Source: Bugula neritina
Lineage: Eukaryota > Animalia > Bryozoa
Assembly: GCA_964035545.1 (NCBI GenBank)
Contig: OZ037770.1
Coordinates: 9,492,973 to 9,556,972, forward strand
Direction of reading: 5' to 3'
DNA length: 64,000 nt
Positions 25,858 to 37,244 of the stretch are shown in pieces. Within the stretch, counting starts at the first letter, position 1, and each line of letters starts with the position of its first letter. The position numbers were made by a program, and so were the translations under genes. The notes under the pieces are model-generated. The model searched no databases. It saw only the letters and a program-made list of their open reading frames with translations, and was not told the origin of the DNA.

Positions 25858-28556
25858 CTTCCCTTTCTTCCTTTTGGGAATTCGACGGCGACGAGGTAGA
25901 CGTTGGTAGTGAAGAGACTAGTTAACCCCCCCTCCATCTTCCCCCCTTTGGGGAGATTCCTTCCTCTCTCTCCCCCCTTTGGGAGAGACTCCTTTGCCAC
26001 GCTTGATTCTTCTGGGGACTCATCGATTCCCCCATCGCTTGGCTTCGACTAGACGAGTGTGAAGCAGTACATCTCCTTCTCACTAAGTTCATGCTGCCCT
26101 ACATCATTTGGTGAAGAGACCCCCCCCCCCTACCCTGTGACTGACCCGGATCGATCGTGTACAACATGGACATCGCTTTGAATACATATTTTGTGGTTCT
26201 CTCATTCCTGGTGGTTTTGATCTTTTTGTTTTATTTTACCTTTATTCCTTTTATTATTTTTTTTGAGATTATGTGCATCAATCGTAGAGTGTACTTTTCG
26301 ATAGGTGTGGCGAGTGTGGTAGATTTTAGTGGTTCAAGTATTATTGTATTAATCGAAAAGGTTCACTTCATATTGTTTATTATCTTGTGCGTTCGTTCGA
26401 CACTGTCGGAGTTTAGCTATGGACAGCAGTGGCACCACTAGTAACCACCAATCAAGACAGTCACACTAATTGATAGCAGGTGGAGCTAGCTACTCGTAGT
26501 TGCAGTGCGCTGAGTAGCTAGCCGGCAGAGCAGCTTGGGACTTCATTTAGAACAGTTGTGTATTAAAGCTCACTAATTATGTAATCGTTTTCTATTCATG
26601 CTAGCAGTAAATAACCTTCTTGTATTTGTGTAAATAATAAAGTATCTTATCGTAAACAACCTGTCGCAGTGGCTTTGTTTAAGTAGACCCACACATAATA
26701 ATAGTGAACTGGCAAAATTCACTACAGTATAGCCTATAGACAGGGATTAAAACTTATATTCAATGTTCACTTGAATTAGTAGCTGCATTAGATACTGCAA
26801 GTGTAAAAATAAGGCTTTAACTGCCAATTAGAATACTATCCAGTGACAAACTAATCAATCACTGGAGAGCCTGCCTTAAAAATTTCTAATTTTATGAGAA
26901 ATATGTTATGAAGTAAACACATAGCCATAAATTCTATCATGCACTGACCACACTGGCATTCTAAAAATTGTCAAATTTATAAACATGTTTAATAAACTAA
27001 ATAGTTATTCTTATAGTTAAAATAGATAAAAAAAAACTTAAGGAAAGCTTCAAATTATTACAAATACTGAAGAACAAAACTAACCTGTGTCTCTTTAAGT
27101 TAATTCCAATTTAAACTCACTTGTATTTTATCAATTATATCATTTAAAACTGATGTTATTGATGTGATAAGCTTGCATCGCTAGCGCGCTACTATTCTAC
27201 TAACTGTAGGGTCAACGTCTGCACTCAAACATCCGGGCTGCCTAAGCGTAAAGCCACAGCCAATGAGCGAGAGCGTGCTATTATCTAATTAAGAAATTTA
27301 CAACTAGCAGTCGTTGCGTAGGCGAGAATCACGTGATGCGATAACCTATTTGAGTGGAACGTTATGCTAAACGCAACGCAACGCTGAATGCTAGATTAAC
27401 TATTATGTATTCATCACGCTACATTACTTTTACTGCTTGAATTAATTATGTTCAGGGCTAACTTTACAATATTCTTTGTATTATGATTTAGTCACAACAA
27501 CATTAAAATCCAGCTTATGGCATGAAAATGTCCTGTTTTAACTACATATCTCCGTAATCACTAATCATCAATTGCCATCTTTATTATTGACTGAACTTTT
27601 TAACTAGCTTAAATTAAATAACTCACCAACCAGCAAATGAGTTCTGTTAGCTAGCAGCAATTTTGATATAAACTGGTTTACCAAAACTTTATGCTATACT
27701 AGGAACTTTACACTTTTAGTCTCTACTATTGTGCTTATAGAAATTTCTATCAATAATTTCCCTCCTGGGATTAGAACCGCAGACCTTTGATTTAAAAGCT
27801 GGTGCAACAACTATTACACTACATGGGCTTTAAAGTTCTAAGCAACAAACACCAATATACACATCAAATCAGCTATTTTTTGTAATATTTATTATATAAC
27901 GATTTGTCCTTTAGTATTAATTTTTCTTTAGAGTAACAACTTTGTGTTGGTTTACCAAGTTTGATCTGGCAAAAGCATTAATTTTCGGTAAGATGTGATT
28001 ACAAAAAACTTTTATTGCATTAAGATGAGTTGAAAAATTAATTAAGTTCATGCTTTGAAATTTTTTAGGGAGAAAGTTGCCAAACATAACTCAAACAGTC
28101 CAACAGTCACTGAGTTCTGTTAAAGTGATATCAGGATCTCTCATTATAAAGAGTAACTTTTCTAATGACTCCACATTTCTCAGTGATCTCTTAATGCTAC
28201 AGAATCTACAGTTTATTCTAGGAGTTGGAGACTGGAGAACTCCACAGATCTGTAATAACTCTACAGTAGTGCATTGTGACAGGTAGTTATCTATTATTTG
28301 GCAATCGATTTCTTGGCTGGAGGTGTTGGGTTTGAATTTCAGTGAGGGCAAAGCTATTACAGATACAAAGTTATAAAATTACTTATATTATGATGAACCA
28401 GAATGGTGCCAAAAGTGCATAACTTGCTGCATTTATGTATAGAAAACATGCTTCAATTATGAGCGACGAACAATGTTTTGATAAGCTCAGAGGCTTAGTT
28501 TGACTGAAAAACTGTTTATCATTTTCTGCTCATTTAAGTCAGCCAGTTTCTTGCAT

Positions 28557-29991
28557 ATGGAAGAGGTGTATAGAGATAAACTGACCGCTCCCACCTTTAC
28601 GGGTGTAGAAGATGTAGAGCAATTCATCGAGGAATTCCACGGAGTAGTAGATGTCGCTCAGTGGCCGCCGCGAGTAGCCCTCGTCAAACTGCGGGAGGTA
28701 TTGACGGAGCGAGCTAGACCGTTCAGACAAGGACGGAGCGTGGCGGAGATATTCACTGCACTACGGAGCCGTTTTGGCACCTCCGCCCTGGAAGCCAGGG
28801 CCCGTCTACAAGTGCTACGTCAGGCGGAAGACACACCACTTCGCGACCACGTTGCCCTAGTGAAAAGACTGGCACGGAGCGCGTACAGCGACCTGCCAGA
28901 AACACACCGACGAAACTTTACTCTCATTGACTTTATACAGTCTCGAAAAAATGTGGGTCTCTACCATCAACTACAGGCAAAGGGAGTGACCACCCTAGAA
29001 AGTGCCTTGCAAGTCGGAGAAGACTATCTCCGGGCCGAGCGGCTGTATACGGAGAAAACGGAAGGCACGCGAGTTACTGCGGAGGTCGCCCAGTCACTCG
29101 GAGATAAGATGGGCCGGCTGAGCATCAAATTGAAACAAATGGCAAAGACCCTCACCGACGCCGAACCCCCCAACCGAGGACTCAAGGGAGAGACCTCGAA
29201 GAGGGCTACCCGGTGTGAGAAGCCAGGACCCCCCCCAATCAAGAAGGAGGCCTCGCGGGCCGAGAAAAAAGCAACCACGAGACACGCCCCGTGAGTGGCA
29301 GATACCACGACGAACCAGCCGCCCTAATGGGCAACGGGAACTGTTCTTACTACCAATCACCAACCGCTTTAGCCAGCTACCGGAAACAGGGCTGACCGGC
29401 AAAGTCTCTCGGGACATCGGAGGGGAACCAAACACCCCTCCGCCGAAGAGACGGCACAAGCAGGTCACCAAACGGGCACCACGCCGTTTGAGCGAGGCTA
29501 CACATGCTGGGGAAGTAAGGTTGCAACCACATGGAGAGAGCTACTTCCTACTCGGGAAGGTAGCCGGCCAGGCTGTCACGTTCTTGTTAGACTCCGGTTG
29601 CAACACGAATCTCCTCAGCAGACGAATCTTCGATGCCCTCCCTCCCAAGGCGAGGAAGGAATTAGCTCCCTACACCGGGGAACCTGGCACTCTTGCAGAC
29701 GGGTCGCGTATCCCCTTCTACGGTGTTGTGGAGCTGCCTGGTCGCTTCCGCGACCAGGCCATCCAAACAACCTTTATCCTCAGCCAGCTGAAAGAGGATG
29801 CCATCCTGGGGACGCCGTTGCTAAAACGACACCAATGCCACATCGACTTCCATAAGTCCGCCATACTAATGGCCGGCCGGGAGCTTTCCTGTGTCGATAA
29901 GTTCAGCCGTTCTCTGGTCGGGGGCGTGCAGGTGGTACGTAACTGTACGGTACCAGGCCGTTCCCGAGCGACCATTCACTGCAGAGTGAAT
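28557..29991 (+). mobile_element. Gypsy fragment 3 (gag plus protease only, no LTRs), related to Gypsy 1
   Basis: MEEVYRDKLTAPTFTGVEDVEQF; FLLDSG; ends abruptly after RATIHCRVN. Confidence 0.9.
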
Positions 29992-29992
29992 G

Positions 29993-30185
29993 CACAGCAT
30001 AGTTAAGGTCATCCCCAGCAAAAATTCATCTCATAATCTAGTCTCAGTTCCTGTATGCTAATGCTCTGTGGGCGGCATGCGTATTGCCTACTTGTTATAA
30101 TTTAGCATGAGGTTGAACAATTGCTAACAAACCATCACATTAGCTAGGGCTGCGCCTATCTTTCCATTGCAACCATTATCACTAT
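29993..30185 (+). repeat. Direct duplicate of 53975-54165 (3' flank of gene B); homology resumes at about 34025-34120 vs 54183-54290
   Basis: cacagcatagttaaggtcatccccag...ctgtgggcggcatgcgtattgcctacttgt shared. Confidence 0.8.
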
Positions 30186-33100
30186 CTATTGAGCAAGCAC
30201 GTGATCGTGGCACGCCTCAGCATCACATTATTATTACAACAGGCTGGTGCATGGTTCATTTCATTTACAATAATTATACTTGATGCACAAAAACAGATGA
30301 TTTTCATAACTTCTGTTCAGCGAACAATGTAAAACTGCTTCAGATTCTGGAAGCAAGCTAAATGTTTATACTTTTACTCAATATTTATCTATTTGGCTAG
30401 TCTAATGAAACAATTATTGACTATAACTTTTGAAATGATAATGCAGATATTATTTAAATAACTTAGAATGCAGATGCAACAAATAGTTTAGAGAGATGCT
30501 CTTTTCTCAAAACATAAAGTTTTCAGGCTAGACTATTTATATATATCTGCTCAATACTATTGACTGACCTTAAACCAATAATACCTTTATTATTAAAATC
30601 ATTTTTAGTTGCATTAACTAAAAACTAAAACTGACTTCTTAGTGCTGACTCTTACTATCAGTTACAGACAGCCCAATAACTTAGCATAGTAAAGAGACTT
30701 GTGTAGGTAAGATAGTTATGTGTGTGCGAATTTATTGGTAGCTGTAAGGGGCAGATATGCAGTATTTTGTGTGACTGCTTTGAGTTTGGGTAAAGGATTT
30801 GATTGCTGCAAGTTTCTAATAAAGCTATAGTACTTGTGTTGTCCCTTTGGTACTAGTACAAGCATTAATCAACACTCATTGAAGTGAGTTGGAACTTATA
30901 TATAAAAGGTTAGAACGTGAGCCTGTCCTATAAATATTCTATTTGCTTCCTGTTGTATACAGTCTAAACTCTGAAGGGTCCAATCAAGCCTACATGGCTT
31001 CTAGCTGAATGTCCAAATTGACTATGAGCTATATTTTGTTGCTCAACACTGGGCTACTGGGCACCGCTGGCAACTGCTAACGCAGTGTTCACTCAAGCAT
31101 GATATTATGGACTTGTATACCAACTCAGCTAAGATTATCAACTGTTTTATGTTTCTAAATTTAGCATCTAATAGAAAAAGCTGTGTCTAGTTAGACTGAC
31201 TGACACCACGCTTGGCTGAGTTAAACAGTCAAGATGAAAAGTTTTAATCTTAGCTAGGCAAGTATTGAGATTTTGAAAAGAAAGCCTCCTTAAGATAAAA
31301 TAAAAGATATCCATTGAGGGTTCAGATTTTTTCCAGTCTGATAGGTGTCATTTAACCAGCTCAAATATTAGCGATGCATTAGCCTATCTACCATATTCTG
31401 ATACTGCAGATATAACATTCCATAAAAAGAATTGACTTAAGAATTTAGGCATGTGTAACAAATCAACCAGATTTATTTAAACACTAAATAGCCATTACTA
31501 AAGATCACAACAAAAATCAGTGTGGATCTTAAAGCATAACATAATTATTTTATATCTGTATGATCAGGCATAGAAGTAACAAGTTCAATAAATAAATTGA
31601 ACATGCAGAAGGTATAACAGCTGTGAACTATTGTGAAGGAGCAAGTCAGGTCTTTTTATAGAAATACATCCTATACGTATATTACAAGCATGGGGGAAAT
31701 ACTAGGTTAGTTTCCTAATTGTTTTTCTCTAACATTAAATAATGAATAATGGCAAGACTGACTTTGTAAATAAGCAGAATCTATAGAAAATCAAGCTGCA
31801 AAAGCCTAACCAAAAGACACATTGCTAGGGTGATTAGTCCTACCGATTATTTTAAGTTTAATTTTAGTTTTTATATCCTTTGATAAAAGTCCTATTTCAC
31901 AGGTAGAGTCTTGAGATGTAGGTGTCAATTGTAGAGTATTCTCCTTTTTGAATATAAAAAAAAAAGAGTAGAGTGAAGTAGAGAATCTAAAGATCCTATA
32001 AGAGCTGCAGCTGACATTATAGAAAGGATGTCCTGAGAAGACATACTAGCATTTCTTTGACAAAACCTGATCATCTAGTATAGTCCACTTCATCTAAAAT
32101 ACAAATACCAGTTTTCTCAATACATGCAAAAGTAATTTCCAACATTTTCAATTTGAACTAACATGCTCATATACCACAGTTAGTACTATAATAGTCTATA
32201 TTTTGTAACATCAACTTATACCGTAATTACATAAAAGCTGCTGGTAACTGTTTAAAAGACACAGCTCATAATTAAAATTATTAGGTTGAATGCTCCCTTA
32301 AGATTGCATTTTTTAAATAATTCCCCATTATATATGGCCTACATGATGACTATACAATTCTTTTGAAACATATGCATTGCTTATATTTTAAGTTGGTCAC
32401 TCAATGTAAATGTAATTTGGTATGCTGCAAGTATAAGTACAATTAGAATTACTTAACAGAAACTCTTCAGTGCAAAAATATATTTTCTATGTGACTATAC
32501 TCAACCACAGAACTCTAAATAATTTGAAAAAAGTTATGGCCAGTAATAAATTTGGATAATTTTCTTAAAGTTAATTACATAATTATAATAATAAAACCAA
32601 CTGACAATTTTGATCTAGTTTTACATCACTATGACTATTAGTATTACTATGCATTTATTGAACATAAAACTCAAACTTGAAGTTTAGTGATACTGCACAA
32701 TGCTAATAATAATAGTTATAATAGTAATAGTAATACACAGTATAGGCCTACTGTAATATACTAATATTACAACTATAAAAATACTATAAAATTAAGTATA
32801 ATTGTTAAATTATTGCTTGCAAGCAATATAAAATAAAAATATGTGAATTTGCTGAAGGAGGCAGTAGTACTCACTTACCCTTGAAGTTAAACTCCTAAAG
32901 TTAATCAAAGTACACGCCTTCATCCTAGTTTCGAGAGGTAAGAGATGTTCTTCACTCAATTTTATCATGATAATCCCATCGCCAGTTGGCACGTTCACTT
33001 TGCAGATTGTAATTTAATATCGAATATTTTATTTACTGAGCTCGCTCTTACTAGTAACATATCAATCTGGGCGAGATCAGTAACGCTTATAGCTACGTAT

Positions 33101-34786
33101 TATATTACACAGAGCGTTTTATTTGAAGGCAGCGCACTGCAGCTGTGGAATGACTAGGGTAGCCTATCCAGGAGTGGATGTAAATTATAAACGTTCTACG
33201 TGCTTTGTGAAAGCATTATAGTGATAGCATGCGATTTAGTCATTGATATAAAATTAAAGGTATTGTTTTAAAAATAATGATTTACTTAAAAAACAGTTAT
33301 TTATTTATTTTATTATTGTTTTTAAAGAAAAAAATAATTGGTAAAGTTTTGAACACCCCTAATAATACCACAACTATACTCCACTCCTTTAGTTGTAACC
33401 TAATTAGATTAGAAGTCACATCTTTAATACAAACAAGCTAGGCTTAGTATTTCTGATGTCTCTATACTGCTGCATTAGCTTTAAAGTTTAAACTGTAGTG
33501 AAGCTCTTTCTGAATTATAGTAGACTGAAAGTGCAAAACCTAGTAAGCTACCAACACTATAAATTGTTATAAGCGAGTAAAGAAAATGAACAGTATATGT
33601 GTACAGAAACTTGTACTCAAATACACAAACACCATAGTTATGGTTATTTGAGATGCAGTTGTATTAAAAAAAAATTGTGAATTGAATACTCATTATAGAC
33701 ATTACATCATGCTGAATCGGTTACATATTTGACTATTTAAAGCTGTTTTTATAAAATAACTTAACTAAGTTACTTATCAGTGACAAGTAATATAGCATTT
33801 AAATTCAAACCATGAGCTCATTTCAGCTAAAAATAGCAGCACCTTGTCACTGCACATGAATGGCTGGCCACTGTTTGAGCCATTAGCAAAATGGCTTACA
33901 GCTATCGCAAGCCTGCTACATGAAAGAATTATGTATCAATCAGAAACTTCTCATTCAATTGCAAGCATACCAGAATTGTATTACCATGATATAAAAAGTT
34001 GCCTACATATATAGGTGCAATAGTAGAAAAGCTTAAACAGCCTAAATTTGTCAAAAGATGCTAATTTGAGAACAGGTTGAAATTCTCTCTAAACTTTTTT
34101 TGCTGCATCTCAACCACTGTATATTGCCAGTGGCACTGTTAGTTAGTAAAGGGGAAGCCGTGGTCTAAGGGCTATAGAGAGCATTTGGCGTAGTAAACAC
34201 AAAGAAATGAGTGCGAACCCCATAATAAAGGCCATTGGTGATGTTAGGAAGAGCATTAAGTCATAATTGCTCCTGTGCCACATGTGAATAAATCTTAATA
34301 ACAAAAACCCTCCCATCAGAAGTTTCTCACAAGAATAGTGACAATAAACTTACGTTAGTTTTATTAGTAAGTAAATATTGGTTCAAGTTTTATATGTCAA
34401 TGGAGGCCAATTAATAACAAGTTCATTCAAAGGTATTGCTTAATTGCTGATTGCCAAGCAGCTTTTAAAAAAATTATTTTTATTGGCATAAGTTTATTGT
34501 ATAACAAAAAATCTTTTCTGAAGTCTCAACTTGTGCAACAAGGTGCATTAAACAGGATAGGTACAACATATTCATGATAGCTTATAGGTTATGATTGAAT
34601 ATATTATTATAGGTAAAACAGTTACAGAAACTAAAATTAGATAGAAGCATTGGGTGAAAAATGTTAGGCTAAAACTATCACAACCAATGATTCAATACAG
34701 CAGGTTTAAGGATCACAACAGAATAAGTTATTATTGAAGGATTGATAAAAATATTACATTGGATGATGGCTTTAATGTATTTCTCA

Positions 34787-36165
34787 GTAGGGGTAACGGG
34801 GGGGGGGGGGGGGGGGGGGGGGGCACAACGGGCCGAATTTTGCATTTGTTGCTCTCATTCGTCTGTTTTTCAAGTTACTAGTTCAATAATTTCTAGTCTT
34901 AATGCTGCATCTGTTGTCTATTACAGGTACCAGTTTGTTGTTTCTATCTCTTTCACAACTTTCAGAATAATGAAAATTTCATGACGAAAAAATTGGCCCA
35001 TTGTGCCCCGGTACCGGGTTACAATGGGCCACTGGGTAGGACACAACAAATATATTGAAATTTTGCGTATTTTGCTACATCTGATATTTATTTATTTAAT
35101 ATTACAAATAAATAAAGATACTCTTTCAGATCTACAGCAAAATTCATGTTTTAGCTGTATAGTTTGTGCCACTACGGATAGCAGAGGAAGGCAAAATCAA
35201 ACGCACGTCACTCGGTTCTGCAGTGCCATTATCATTACTGTTTAGAACTAAAAATGTTCTGTTATTTTCATTTCAGAGGAACGTTTATTTAAAAAAAAAC
35301 ATGTAGTAACAGTAGTAACATGTACTCTAAAATTGCGAGTGGACTTTTTTCTATGAACTGTAGCTTATAAGGTGCATGCATGGCTGAGGTTTGTAACTGG
35401 AGTACGGAAGGGAGAGGGGAGAGCAAATGAGCAAATCACAATTTATTTCAGTCAAATACATGTATATTCCCTCAATGGTGTAATATATAATCATTATCAT
35501 GACTATCTACTAGTAGCAACAGCAGAGTGTTTTGTATTATGTATAAAATGGCAAAGCTTTAACCTCACCAGATGTATATATTAGGGGAGTTTCAACTTGT
35601 AGTTTTGTAGTCTTACCATATGATGTCTTTGATATTTTACAAAAAGGTCATAAATGGCTATATCTATAAATTTTAGTAACATTTCAACCAACTTTTTGCG
35701 CAAACAAACTAATAACAGTGATCAGGGTGCAATAATCAGGTGGCCCATTGTGCCTCGGTCAGCGTGGCCCATTGTGCCCCGGATGGCTAAATTGAACATA
35801 AAGGTGCCTCAAGGAAAATTTATTTCAGAGTTTGCTATTATACTAGTTAAGCAATGTAGAGACAAACAATGGCAACAATATTAGTAAAATATAGGCTTCT
35901 TGCCTTTCAGTGTACCTAAAAAGTTATATAGCTTTAACGACATCCTAAAAAATTTACAAAAAGTAGGTAAAAACAGTTTTTTACTCGCCTTTTCAACACG
36001 TATGTTCCGCAAGTGTTGAAACTACAAAGGCTGAATAATTATGTCAATATCTTTTTAAGAAAAAAAATCACAACTCTAAGTCAATAAGTTCTCTGACAAT
36101 TTGGCCGACTTTTTGTACCCCTATAATCGTTGTGCCCCCCCCCCCCCCCCCCCCGTTACCCCTAC
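34787..36165. mobile_element. Non-autonomous DNA transposon (MITE) with poly-G-containing TIRs
   Basis: GTAGGGGTAAC(G)nCACAACG ... CGTTGTG(C)nGTTACCCCTAC; internal copies of the TIR motif GGCCCATTGTGCC near 34995, 35742 and 35766; no transposase ORF. Confidence 0.8.
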
Positions 36166-37244
36166 GTATATAAGCAAAACAGTTTAAGTCTTCAAAAATA
36201 ATCTTTAATAAATATATTTGTTGATCAAGGTTTTTCAAAAAAAGAAGAGTGTGTAAAATGTTTACAGCCCTTGCATCATCTTTTAAATTTTCATATACTC
36301 TAAATTTTGCTCTGTAATGTGCATTTTATGTATTCTACAGATCACATGGCAACACCTATTGGTTTATAATTTTGCAGGTTTTAAAACAACAGAGCTTTAA
36401 CTATATATAATCATGATTTTTACTCTAATAAAAATGTGGTCTGTGGTCTGTTATATATAGAATATCAAAAAAGGTACAAATACAGAAATCTGCCAACACA
36501 ATTTCTATTAATTCTGAATAAAACTTTTAATTATCACATTATACTACATTTAGAAGAATCATATATAAAAGCAATTTGCAAGTTTTTGTTATATAATACA
36601 GATCAGACATGCGGATTTAATAGATAATAATATAAAATGCTAGTTTCAAAGGTCATCGGTGATGTTAGGAATAGCATCCAGTCATAATTGCTCCTGTGCC
36701 ACATCTAAATAAGTTCTTAGCCCAGAATAAAAAAAAAACCTTTTAATTAGGAGTTTTTTTCACAGAGAAGGTGACTATAAACTAGCTGGCGTGAGTTTTA
36801 TATTATTACATATTTTAAAATGATTAAGCAACTTATTGATATGCTACTTCAATTATAAATTGTTATAGAGCAGCGCTTAAATGAGTCACATATATTATTA
36901 TACCTATATACTATGTACTATAATGTAGCTTCAATTAGACAACTATGCATGACTCAAGTAATACACCTAGATAAATGACTTCAGTTAGACACCTGTGCAC
37001 ATGGACTTTACAATGAAATCAAAAGAAATGCAACTTAGTATCAAATATCATTATTGGCTTTAAATTTTAATGCTTTAAATAAAGTTAACTAAATGGATTT
37101 TCAACTCAATAATTTTATATCCTCATTATGTAAACAAGCTCAAAATAATACCATTGTTGTACTTGAGACAAATCCTAAATTTGTTGACTGTTGGTTTTAA
37201 TGCTATAGTTAGATGGTCATAACCACGTTGTTTTCAATTCAGTG

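Larger units (their letters stand above)
19157..26726 (+). mobile_element. Ty3/Gypsy LTR retrotransposon 2 (complete boundaries, defective)
   Basis: LTRs 19157-19564 and 26315-26726 (4 substitutions plus a 4-bp indel by eye), GTAT TSD (19153-19156 / 26727-26730), tRNA-Leu PBS 19566-19583. Confidence 0.97.
14350..27423 (-). mobile_element. BEL/Pao LTR retrotransposon, internally deleted, with Gypsy 2 nested in its 5' LTR
   Basis: LTR terminus TGTAGCGTCGCC... repeated at 14350 and 18800 (73 bp shared). Minus-strand ORFs with FDGDP (DUF1759-like), triple Cys-His knuckles, PHFGV..KLRVVFD, DIEQMF, FYVDD, RGILS.IAS.FDP.G. Right end uncertain: 27423 (ACGCTACA inverted terminus) or 27468 (CA plus ATATT matching 14345-14349). 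Confidence 0.85.
13083..28282 (+). pseudogene. Paralog fragment C: orphan exons homologous to gene B exons 16 (13083-13255), 11 (14071-14283) and 12 (28069-28282)
   Basis: Same lengths (173, 213, 214) and GT-AG sites as the B exons; CIKCDGVCEKSCDFGSTVYNE and VKVISGSLIIKS..LQNLQFILG. In-frame TAA near the start of the 13083 exon; neighbouring exons not found; intron filled by BEL and Gypsy elements. Confidence 0.75.

Noticed and set aside
32860-33200. Possible bidirectional promoter or first exons (splice-donor-like motifs on both strands, locally more CpG)
   Set aside because: Cannot be supported without transcript data
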